Part shown: positions 44,601-54,863 of the stretch, piece by piece
Position numbering within the stretch: position 1 is the stretch's first letter
Layout of the letters: each line of letters starts with the position of its first letter
Source of the DNA: Rhodosorus marinus CCMP1338
Taxonomy: Eukaryota; Plantae; Rhodophyta
Length of the DNA: 64,000 nucleotides
Direction of reading: 5' to 3'
Assembly (NCBI GenBank): GCA_029953675.1
Contig: JAMWBK010000008.1
Location: 1,240,001-1,304,000, forward strand
Program-made: the position numbers and the translations under genes
Notes under the pieces: generated by a model
Databases searched by the model: none
What the model was told of the DNA's origin: nothing
What the model saw: only the letters and a program-made list of their open reading frames with translations

Positions 44601-44620
44601 CCCCGGACTAACGTAACCCC
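44601..44620 (-). repeat. Telomere-like repeat marking the right boundary of the retroelement field
   Basis: ccccggactaacgtaacccc (one mismatch to consensus). Confidence 0.85.
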
Positions 44621-45325
44621 TGAGGTTGTGCCGCCTGCTTGCTTGACGCGGACCGGGCTATGCAGGGTTCCGAGAGGCCTCTTCAATGCAGGAGCGAGTC
44701 GCAGAACTTGTCCAGCCATAGGAGTGATTAGCTGTTTTTGTCGTGGGCTAAATTTTGTTCGTCTGCTTGACAAGCTGCGCAAAGCGTCGTCCAGACGCGG
44801 TCATACGGACTAACTGAAATTGTAGAGTTCAGTTTATTGAGCGGTTGTGGGTAGGAGAATGAGGGCTTACTCTTGGTGTTCGTGTAACCGGTGGAGCATG
44901 TAACTTGACGGCTACCTGTTGGAGCGCAATACTGGTTATATCACTATCTATGGCGAAAGGTCAGGCTTACCCGCTACGGAGGTCATGGTACGGTCAAAAG
45001 GAGAAGGAGTACTCCATATCAAGAGCATATCACGTTGATTCTTCAACCTGTTGGCGTAATAGCAAATCATTTGCTTACAGGGAACGTGCCTTGAACAAAT
45101 ATCATAGTCCGATATGAAGCATCATATTCTACATTTCCCCGAACTCGTCAATTACGACGATTGCTGGTCTCGAATGCGAGCCTGGCCCTCTAGAGAATGG
45201 ACGCTTTTCTGTTCGTCTTTGATGGACGTTGGGGTCAGGAGGGCCCGGACAGCTAATCTGCGTGATGGGCAATAAAACGCACCAGGGCTGTGCTTGCCGC
45301 ATACTGATGATTGCGCACGATAAAT

Positions 45326-46795
45326 TTATTTTAACTGTACTTCCTGCGTCTGTCTCAAGAAAAGTTTGACTATCCACATTAGTAGGAAAATGGCCAGTAC
45401 CCCTCCGATAACAATTCCAACCACAGTACCAGCACTTAGAGGTGGTTTGTCCCTAGCGCTTTCCTCGTTTCCTACTTCGTTTCCGAGCTCAGGAACTTGT
45501 ACATCCGAAACACTGGCGTTGTAGTAAACAACTGGGATAGATACAAGAGGGGACTCCAGCGTTCGGTATAGGACCACAGCGTGTGAAGAATACATGTCAA
45601 CCGCGTTACAGAAAACGCGAACGTCAGTAACCTCCCGGGCGGGGGGACGGAAAGCCGTTTTGCCCTCCCATGTGCCGTCAGGTAAACGGACAAGCGTCCC
45701 GGCACTAGCAAACGGCAGAATCTGCTCGCAGAACGTAACCCTTCCGTCGCTAATCTGAATCAGTTGGTGATTCTTTTCGCGGTCTCTGATCTTTGCAGGA
45801 ATGGAATAGTAAAATTCCTTTGTACCCAAGACAAAGCTCTCTTCAGCCCACGCGCTTGAGCCACGCTCGTCAGTTTCCCAAACGAAAAGCGAAGCCGAGA
45901 GTCGATTGTCACAGTTCTTGCACGCCACGAGTACTTGACTTCTGATTTCATCAAATGACACAATGGGTTTCTCAACAACGGTTGTCGACCACTGAGCCCT
46001 ATCATAACCATGGTGAACGAAAACCCGGTTGACAGCCCACATGCCCTCCTCACTTAATCTCAACAAAAACGCTCGTGAGCATCCCTCGCCTTCGAGCGCA
46101 AGGACAGCTGTTCTTTCGCCAAGTTGAACATCTCCAAAACTCTTTCCGCGTGCAGAGTAGTCCGGCGACACTGTATACGTCCGCTTGCTATCTTCGCAAG
46201 GTAGAACCCTTAATCTCCTGCTGGTGACATCGAATTGCTGGAAGTCCAGCCAGGTATCTTCGGAGAGCTTGAAAATGAAAACTGATTTCGTCGATGAAAT
46301 CATCACGAATTCCCCGTGAATCGAAACAGACTTACCGAAGTCTTCACTAGTCCGCGAAAAAACCCCATGTAGATTCCATAATCCATTTTGGCGCTTGAAA
46401 AGAGAGACTCGACCGCACGTGCGACAATTGCAATCTACAGACGATATTGTCATCCATCCACTCGTGTTATCGGCGCTTATTGCTTTGCCGAAGCTGCAGT
46501 CTTTGCCTTTTATGGTTTGAACGAGCTCCCAGTTCTCAGATCCCTTCGAAGGCTCCCCTCGGTACGAGAAAACTTTCCCATCGACTTTCGTGTCTGGAAC
46601 TCCCAGAAACAAGGACTGGACTATCAGATCACCATCGAAATGAACTTTTGATGTGAACTCAACTTGCGAATGGATGTCCAGCGGAAGTATGATCCCGTGC
46701 TCTCGCCATTCTACGCTATTTCCAGTCCAGTTATCTACGCCACGTGCTCCATAAACACGTGCGTAGAGCGCAAGCAGCAGCAGTACACAAACCAT
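45326..46795 (-). CDS. Type I membrane protein with FG-GAP-like beta-propeller repeats
   Basis: Signal peptide; FGKAISAD, FGKSVSIHG and FGDVQLG motifs preceded by G.V..(F/Y) strands; TM helix GTVVGIVIGGVLAIFLLMWIV; short cytosolic tail. Confidence 0.75.
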   Translation of the reverse strand: MVCVLLLLALYARVYGARGVDNWTGNSVEWREHGIILPLDIHSQVEFTSKVHFDGDLIVQSLFLGVPDTKVDGKVFSYRGEPSKGSENWELVQTIKGKDCSFGKAISADNTSGWMTISSVDCNCRTCGRVSLFKRQNGLWNLHGVFSRTSEDFGKSVSIHGEFVMISSTKSVFIFKLSEDTWLDFQQFDVTSRRLRVLPCEDSKRTYTVSPDYSARGKSFGDVQLGERTAVLALEGEGCSRAFLLRLSEEGMWAVNRVFVHHGYDRAQWSTTVVEKPIVSFDEIRSQVLVACKNCDNRLSASLFVWETDERGSSAWAEESFVLGTKEFYYSIPAKIRDREKNHQLIQISDGRVTFCEQILPFASAGTLVRLPDGTWEGKTAFRPPAREVTDVRVFCNAVDMYSSHAVVLYRTLESPLVSIPVVYYNASVSDVQVPELGNEVGNEESARDKPPLSAGTVVGIVIGGVLAIFLLMWIVKLFLRQTQEVQLK

Positions 46796-48055
46796 TCCGC
46801 AGGATTCAATGTCAGACTGATTTTCCTAGTTCATCACACCTACCTGCATAATTACATCTCAGACTTCTCGAAAATCTCTTCTAAAATGCGTGGAGCCTGC
46901 CAAAAGCTCGTCCGACCTACATGCAATCGAGGAGGGGCTCGAGTTGGCGGTCGAGTTGGCGGCAGGTACAGAGTGCGTATTAAATACAAGCACATCTGAC
47001 CGTCAAAGAATCAGCGGCCTGAAAAACCACGTTGCGAAAAGCTCCTTCGTATCATCGCCGGTGATCTTTGGTATGTCAATCCCCATTGCAAGCACATAAG
47101 CAAGCCTCGAAACGTAATTGGTCAAAATATCGAGGTGGGCAGGAATTTGGTGTTGAACGACCCTGAATTTAATTAACTATTTCTTCGTTTTGCCTTGCAG
47201 ACGAAAAAAGTAAAAAGTTCATAAACAAATTGTCACGGATTGTTTTTCAAAGATTCTCGGTTAAAGCCTTTCTCTTCGTTCTGTGCAGCAGCAGCGAGAA
47301 ATAGCTCTTGATTGGATGGATGGATTTAGTAGTCGTGCTTTGAAACTGCTAAAGCGCAAACACCCGGTCCCATCTTCCATAACTCGAAACCATTGTGCCC
47401 CACCACTGGCGTCGTGGTCCGGGAATCATCATCTCGGTGGTAATTCAGTTTTAACAAAGCGGGTCATCATCTTATGAACAGGTAAATCTCTACAGCTCAT
47501 GCTCTCCGCGACTGTCGAAGGGTATGTGGGCAAAAGAGGAGCCACTTCAGCTTCTTGTTGTGCGTGTGAGAATTTTATTCTTTTGATACTTAAAACTTGC
47601 TTTTGCTCTGATAGGCTTTTTTTATGCTTCTCTATACATACATCTTTATAACTTTTAATTCCTTTTATTTGTACTCAGTGGGATGGGGTCCCGCAACTGA
47701 CTGGCGACACAGGTTCCATCTAGCGATTGCGAATTTGCGTTGAACTGCAAATTCGCAGCTGCCCCGAAAGGGTCACGGCTACGAGGCTGGCTTGTATCAT
47801 GAGCTAAGTTTTGGGCACAACCGTTTCCTGTCATATTCAAACACCATACAGGACAGGTGGACATTGAGAGAGAACCCCACTACAGGTCTACGCAGGGTTA
47901 ATAGGAACAACCATACGACCTGGCATAAGTTACTCCCTGTTGCTGTTTATTGCGTACTAGTGTTTTATTAAAATCTCACAGCGCTCAACCGGGCCCTATC
48001 ATCAGACTGAAGGCAAAAGTTAACCATATACAAGTTGGGCCCACAGAGACAAATG

Positions 48056-49174
48056 CTAAACTTGAGCTCTACTTCGCAAAATGGCTGACAGAATTTCTTG
48101 TCGTTCTATGTACAATTGATTGATCTCTAGCTCAATCAAACGAACCGTTGCATCCCGTGTCGCAGACTCAGTGGAAAGCAATGATCTGCTGAGGTCATTT
48201 CGCCTTTCTAATAACTTTCGTTCCACCGGGAGTAGTTTCCGGTATGGCCACACCCTTATTCCATTTTTTCTACACAGTTTCTTGAGGAGCGTGACGCAGA
48301 TTCCAAGTTGCTTCGCTAACGAGTCTCTCGGAATGCTGAACAGAGGGATCAGATCGTTGATGTCCAGTACATGAAGGATTTTCCTTTTAGATTTGCCCTC
48401 GATTTTCGCCAGAACCCGCGCAATATGATGCGCGGGGTCTGCGTTGAATATTTCCTGGCTGATGAGCTTATGTTTGAAGGACAGGTTAATGTCGCCTGAC
48501 CCCGTTTGTCCCTTCACAATGCTTCTTTTTTCCACTCTAGTATCGATTATCTCTGAGCTTTGTGTACTCATTTTCCAGTTTTTATAATTTGCGTCGCGCG
48601 CCCCTTGATCGGCAGCCCGAAGCGCGGTTAGGAAAGTTTCATTGCCGTTCTCACCCATTTGCTGTTGTACCAATGTAGGGAACATTCCAGTCACTGCTCC
48701 AGAACGCGCCTCCTGTGAGTCATGGATTCCATCTCTGTTCACCCTGCAAAGGCTGATAAATCCTTTCATACTCCAAGACCATACCCCGACTCGTTTCTGA
48801 GCAAGAACGGAGTCATCCTCGACAAAGACGATCAGAAAATTCAGCCGCTCTCCTCCTCGATGAACCCAGGACCCAACGAAAAGATGAAGGTCATCAAACG
48901 TCTCTTCCGTAGCTCCAATATCAAATACCGCTTCAACAGTCATGTCAGACAATGAAAACTCGCTCAAGCATACATCTCTTTGTGAAGGAACATGCATCAG
49001 GCAACTCTCTGACAACAAGAAGAAAGACCCTGTCGAAGCCCTACATTTTACACCTGCTTCGCTCAGCACGAGAATAGATACCCCCCCAAAGGTCATGGCT
49101 TCCACTGTAACAGGTAAAAAACTCTGGGTCCTCAGTCTCCACCACGACTCATTTCTGAATCCAGCAGCTGTCAT
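48056..49174 (-). CDS. RWP-RK domain transcription factor
   Basis: LIPLFSIPRDSLAKQLGICVTLLKKLCRKNGIRVWPYRKL followed by a coiled-coil-like segment. Confidence 0.9.
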   Translation of the reverse strand: MTAAGFRNESWWRLRTQSFLPVTVEAMTFGGVSILVLSEAGVKCRASTGSFFLLSESCLMHVPSQRDVCLSEFSLSDMTVEAVFDIGATEETFDDLHLFVGSWVHRGGERLNFLIVFVEDDSVLAQKRVGVWSWSMKGFISLCRVNRDGIHDSQEARSGAVTGMFPTLVQQQMGENGNETFLTALRAADQGARDANYKNWKMSTQSSEIIDTRVEKRSIVKGQTGSGDINLSFKHKLISQEIFNADPAHHIARVLAKIEGKSKRKILHVLDINDLIPLFSIPRDSLAKQLGICVTLLKKLCRKNGIRVWPYRKLLPVERKLLERRNDLSRSLLSTESATRDATVRLIELEINQLYIERQEILSAILRSRAQV

Positions 49175-49415
49175 CAGTTAAGTAGTACGGCCTTAGCGTA
49201 CTCTGAAATCGCATCTGGACCGTTCGAGCACAAATTTGGATTTGATCTCCAAAATAACAAATTTGCAAGAATTCTGAACGTGTTTGTTTTCCAAGTGGGA
49301 AGGGCTAGTAGCTGACTATGATTTTCTGATCGTCGGAAGCAGAAATAGTTTTTATTTGAAATAATGTATTTGGGCTTGGGAAATATCCCCCATGGCCAAC
49401 TGGATTGCGGACCAT

Positions 49416-49428
49416 TTAGTCTGGGGTT
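49416..49428 (+). repeat. Partial telomere-like motif upstream of the RWP-RK gene
   Basis: ttagtctggggtt (13-nt exact match to the repeat). Confidence 0.5.
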
Positions 49429-49855
49429 GTCTGCTGAATTCGCCTTATGAGCTGGTTGGGACGCAATTACTTGCCAAATTGCTTGATTGTGCCTCTAATC
49501 TGTAGAGGAACAGCTCACGAGCATATTCCGGGGCACCGATCAATCGTACTCCCCGTTCGTGTGCTAACCGATGCCCGGGTAAGATGTCGGGCTTCGGCAG
49601 TCTGTGTTCTCGTTCTCTGAGAATTGCTTAATCCAGGGGTCATGGCTACTGCCGTTCATTGCACAAACAGATAATCTAAGTTCAGAGCGTTCAGAGCGTT
49701 GCTAGGGAAGCGATCATTGCATATTTTTACCCATCTAGTCTGTGGCCGCTTTAGCGCTTCGCGTCCTTGGAGAGGGGGGGGGGCTTTACTAAGGAGAGGA
49801 GCGAAAGCGTGAGCAGCTAAGGCTGCCCGACTCTGCCCCGTGATCCGCAGTCAGC

Positions 49856-49890
49856 GCTCAACTAAGCTCAACTAACCTCAACTAAGCTCA
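49856..49890. repeat. 10-bp tandem repeat (ctcaactaag, about 3.5 copies)
   Basis: gctcaactaagctcaactaacctcaactaagctca. Confidence 0.8.
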
Positions 49891-50458
49891 GGAAAGGATT
49901 CATTATTCCCTAATCAAAACAGACTTGAAACGGAAAGGACTGGAAGTGGAACTCTCCCCGAGGGACAAGCCCGTGACCAGCAGAGCTTTAGCTCTATTTC
50001 GCACGCCCATGAACTAGAAAACATGATTTTGTCCAAAAAACTGCCCGAGTTTATAGTATCGCTTTAACTAAAATCGAAATGAAAAGGGAACGAGAATTCT
50101 GAGCAAGAATGCAAGTGAGGGTAGTGGGCTCGTCCCAGTCTCGCTGCTAGCGTTCAAATTACAGGCGTACTAGCAGCTACTTCAGCCAGATTTTTTTGCT
50201 GACCGGGATAAGTCGGACGTCGACGATAGGTTCACCGAATTATTTGATTCCTGGACGTCCGGTTGGATGCAATGCGCACGTCGGGGGTTCGCAGTTCTAT
50301 AGGGAAACGTTGTATTGGTATGAGCGTTTGCTAGCTTCAGTGAGGAGGGGCTCCGAAGAACACTAGGGCACTGCTCGTTGTTATGAGTGACTTTAGGACT
50401 CCTCGTGAAGGTTAGCTAAGTCCTCACGCCTTTCTCTCTCTTAGCTCTACGAAAAGTA

Positions 50459-51095
50459 ATGTGTTCTCGGTCTGAGTTGGGGTTTTCCTACTGTTTAACA
50501 GCGCTAAAAGCTTCTCTGGAGAGTATTTTCAAGAAATGGACAGCTCTGCAACTCGCTGTTGAGCAGCAGTTTGGAGGTGATTCATCAGAAGACATTGCCC
50601 GCGAAATGTTTGAGGTCAGTCTTGGCCTTCTCACAAGCGGAACTGCACCACCTTCCCAAGCCACGCTCGAGAACCTCTTTTATGATGGATTTGAGTATCT
50701 CAATACGGATATAGAGGATGGGAGCCCAGAAGAGGTGGCCGGGTTGCTGCTTCGAGTCAGAGAACTTTGTCTAGCTCACGTACGTAGTTGCACACTTTCC
50801 TGCCATACGCCGCATTCCCTTGCACCCGCTTTTTTTGCTAATCGCCAAATTCATCCAGGACTTTTCCCTCGCCCGAAGCCTCGTCCAATCCAGTCAAACG
50901 AATGCAAACGCCGCCAGTAGAAGTGTTTACGGAGGCGCATCAGAAGAAACTTACGGCGAGCCTGAACACGGACAACCGCAGGCGCTGGCAGAGGAGGATC
51001 GACAAGAGCGGAATGCGCCAGACGTAGATGAGGACGGATGGCAAACAGTCAAGCCAAGGCGGAAGGCGGCTGACCATCCTCATAGTAGCTCTTGA
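50459..51095 (+). CDS. TSR2: Pre-rRNA-processing protein TSR2; intron at 50780-50858; start uncertain
   Basis: FKKWTALQLAVEQQFGGDS...LNTDIEDGSPEEVA; acidic tail ending DEDGWQTVKPRRK; GT-AG intron with gctaat branch point keeps the frame. Confidence 0.85.
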
Positions 51096-51400
51096 GCGGG
51101 ACGTACGGGGCTGGGAGGATAACTGATTTCGATCGCTTTAACCTCAATTCCGATTTAGTTTTAGTCCTCGATTGAAGCCAGTTACGGTTGCTGTTCGTTT
51201 GGTTTCGGCCCTTCCGGCTTGGGCTAGTTCCTTTTGTCAAAAGGGACTATGCACAAACTGAATCGTTAGCGTTGAGCTTTTATCATAGATAGTCTAACGA
51301 AGCCGACAAGTTCAAAAACAAATGCAAGAGTTAAAAATAATACAATAGGAATGGGTTCAATGTTGGATTCGCACGTGAACCATGAGCACTGGACGCCGGT

Positions 51401-53273
51401 TTAAAGTCGGGTCGACCATCGTGGCCACCACTTCTTCACTGCAGTAGACTCCTCTTCGTTGCTATAGCCCTGCGACAATCGAACCGCTAGTTCTCGGAAG
51501 TGCTCACCGTTGTTAAGAACATATTGCCTGGCCGATTTTTGTACATCTTCAAGGACGTTCTTCCTTGTCTCGTCCGAGCCTATTTGGGAACATGCATATG
51601 GTTGAGACGCTCAATACGCATGCTGGTTGTATAAGCAAATGCCGAGCCTTGCCTTTGCGAAATAACCTGAAGCTCGAAGCTACAACTGTTGCGGTTGTGA
51701 GCTCTAGGGTGAACTCACCGATATCAATTGGGATGACAGGATTGAAGCGATAGTACACCCCCTCAGGTGCAAGATCTTCGAGTGCGTGATGGACAGCCTC
51801 GGTATCAGTAGCCGAGTTAATTAGTGCCTTCGCTACGTCGTAGAGATTCTCACTTCCCGCTTTTGTGCTTATATCAGGTCTCCCAGTGCCCACACTCACA
51901 ATGCACTCTAGTGGCGCATTTGGCCAGAGCAATCGTGCCTCATGAACGGCAATGGCTGCTGGATTGTTGACAAGAATAGCCCCGTCACAAAACACTTCTT
52001 CACCGCTCCTAAATGCGTCAAAATAGGATGGCACTGCCGTACTCGCGCGCGCTGCCTCCCACAAGGTGTGGTGGCATCCGTGTCGATAGCGATGCTCCCC
52101 GCTTCCTGGAGGGCGCGGTGGAGGTCGATAATTAGCATGGAGATAAGGAACTGCTGTAGGTGCGCTCATCATGGTCGATACGACAAATACTCGCGGGCCA
52201 TTCGGCATGTCAAGACGAGTCTCGACTAGCACAGAAGTGCCCAGTGCCTCCTGGAGAACGCTTTCAAGGGCCTTGGTGTTATATTGGCCTTTGTTTAGCA
52301 GCAGCAGACGGCCCGCAGAAATCACACGCGTCGCTCGAGAGAAAATACGCGAAGCCATAGCTTTGTAAACATCTTCGCAGTCCGTCACCGAGCTTTGCCG
52401 CAACCCCAAAGCGAGGGCTAGCACTCCGCCGCTAGAGGTACCGCCGATAAGATCAAAACTTTCACATATTGGGCGCTGAGTTTGCCTTTCAATCTCTCGC
52501 ACAACTTCTAGAGAGGCAAGAGCTCGAGTTCCGCCCCCGTCTAAAGAGAGTATCCTCACGCCTCGCTTCCCCCCCCGAGGCCGTCTAGGGACATCCAGAC
52601 CTGAAGCAATCAAAGCTCTTTTGACCGCACGCTCGAGGGTTTTAAGCTTCTTGGGAGAGTCGAGCTGGGTATTGCTTTCAACGAGGGAAGCTGGGACATC
52701 GCTCTGCGTTTCCTGCCTTTCGCTATTGGTCACCCGCATCGCCATCAATTCCCGCTCGTTGCGGACTGTTATCGCTTTCGCTGAGCGGAGGACGCTGTCG
52801 AGAAGCCCAAGCTCAACGCCCCGAAGAGCATTGTAGTCGCAGGCGGATGCTAAAGTGCCGACCACGTCCGCAGCCGCGGTTACAACACCTATTCTGGGGT
52901 GCTGCGCTTCCCCGCACGCAATAGTGAGCGCATCAACAAGCGGAGACTCCACCGCCATCCTCAAGACCTGCTTATGGCACTTGCGCAGCAAGAGAGAACA
53001 TGTATGAAGAAGAGCATGAACTTCATCCTCATACCCCTCTCCATTGACCAGTAGGTGCGTTGCTGGCCAATTCCTCCCATTGGAAGCGGTAACCGCCGCT
53101 GCGATAGCGCCGAGACCGCCCGCCCTGGCAAACGCTTCTGCGCTCAGACCCTTATCGTCAACGCTGGAGCAAAACATTGCGAGCTCGGACAGCTCTGCGC
53201 CGCAACTGCCAGTCGGGGCCAGAGCCACGAGCTTGGATACCTCGCGAGTGATCCGGCGAGACATGGTATCCAA
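51401..53273 (-). CDS. Patatin-like phospholipase (iPLA2-gamma/PNPLA8-like), one intron near the 3' end
   Basis: LSLDGGGTRA, GGTSSGG (GxSxG), ARASTAVPSYF, FCDGAILVNNP, SVGTG; last exon reads DETRKNVLED...RL*. Confidence 0.9.
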
Positions 53274-54863
53274 AGGTCATCTACACTGTCCCCCTACACG
53301 TCAGAGAACCACTGGAATCCTCGATCACTCAACGTGAAGAGAATATATTTAGGTAAGAAACCTTTTACGCTGGAGCCGCAGCGCGCAGAAGCGTTCTACC
53401 GAACCGGTCGGGCGAGCTCTGGCCTCTCGATCTGGTACATCAAATGCAACTTCCAAAACTCACACAACCACAATTGCTGATTCATTCTGCTGCCTTCAAA
53501 CGCTTAGCTCAAGCAGCTCCCCCCAACTGATCCAGAAGATACAGAAATGCGTTGATACCACATCCCTTAAACCGAGATAACAACTTGATAAGCCGTGTGT
53601 CGAATGCTTTCTTAGCGCAAATCCGAACCCAAAATCTGATGATATTGCCGGCATGTGAGCAACGTTGGGCGAGGGGTGAAGGGAAACTAGAGCAACTACA
53701 CACGCATCTGCCAAACAGCGGCTTTCGATCGGATCGGTTTATTCGTTATAGCTCTATTTGGTGAAAACGTCCTGAAGTATCCTGTGATCGGGCTAAGTTG
53801 TCACTTACTGTTTGAAACGGTCACGGTTTCAAGGCTTACGTTCGTCTCGGGTTCGACTGGACACATGGATGCATTCAGAAGCAGGTGCCCGTTCTGCTCT
53901 TTGTGGTTCTAGAAAGGCGTACTAGAATGCCCCGCAGTTGTAAGCGCAGCCAGACGGAAACGGAGCGCGACGATAAGCTGGAAACTGCACCCAGAATCAA
54001 ACGACGATCAAACTGGAAGGACCGCGATGAACAGGAGTTGAGCTCTAGCTTGCACTGAATTTCCATCCTGGATTTAGCTTCAGAGTAATACATCTTGATC
54101 TCCAGTCGTGGTTCAGAGCGAGGTTTCAAACAAACACGGCTTCGGATGAACACGCTGTGTCAATCCAACAAGAACAGGATTGCCTGAATCGCCATTTGAC
54201 GAAAAGCCCATGCTATCCGCAGTAATGCGCCAGCATGAGGTCCAGCAGGTCCACCGAAAAGAACAGGGACGTATGGAAAGGCCTGCTCGATTTCGGACAG
54301 GCATAGGATTCAGTAAGCAGCTACCCGGCAAGTTTCATGGACAAAGTTGTTTTCGAGAGAGACGACCTGCATGACGCCTAAGGTGAAAGCCTTGATGCTT
54401 CGCTTCTAATTTGCTGAAAAGGCATTCTAACCTGAGCACAGCCGATCTTGCCGAGGATTAATTATTTCCAGATCAATCGTAGTGAGTCCCTCGACCCGCC
54501 CGGTCCATCATCGTAGTCGATACGGCTTGGGTCCAGGCACGGAAACGTTGCTAAACTTCGTATCGCACTCATTCGTACCACGAGAAGGTTACTATCATCG
54601 GGCTCAACAGGGTCCTCGTGAATGCTAATCCCCGCTGACACCGACACCAACCCACCCTACGAGAACTCATTCAATCAACCCGTTTGGATAAAATTCACAT
54701 TTTAATGCACCCTGTTCACTGGACGAACTTTGCCTTCCGCGGAAGAGCAAGTAAACCCCAGCTGGAGTTCTGGGATTCGTTTCTTCGAGTTCCATGTACG
54801 CGTGCATACATCAACGGGGCTGAACAAGGCGGAACTATTCCAAGCCGTTCAGCTTAGAGCAGT

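Noticed and set aside
10543-44620. Recurrent short repeat read as a CRISPR array
   Set aside because: The intervening sequences are kilobase retroelements, the repeats occur in tandem variants, there are no cas genes, and the context is eukaryotic.
44905-45310. Possible small secreted-protein pseudogene
   Set aside because: The signal-like start is followed by incoherent frames; evidence is too weak.
46890-47480. Possible small spliced gene on the minus strand
   Set aside because: One plausible exon-like stretch, but no start, splice model or homology could be supported.
53500-54800. Scattered ORFs between the patatin and RXT3-like genes
   Set aside because: No coherent gene model or motif on either strand.
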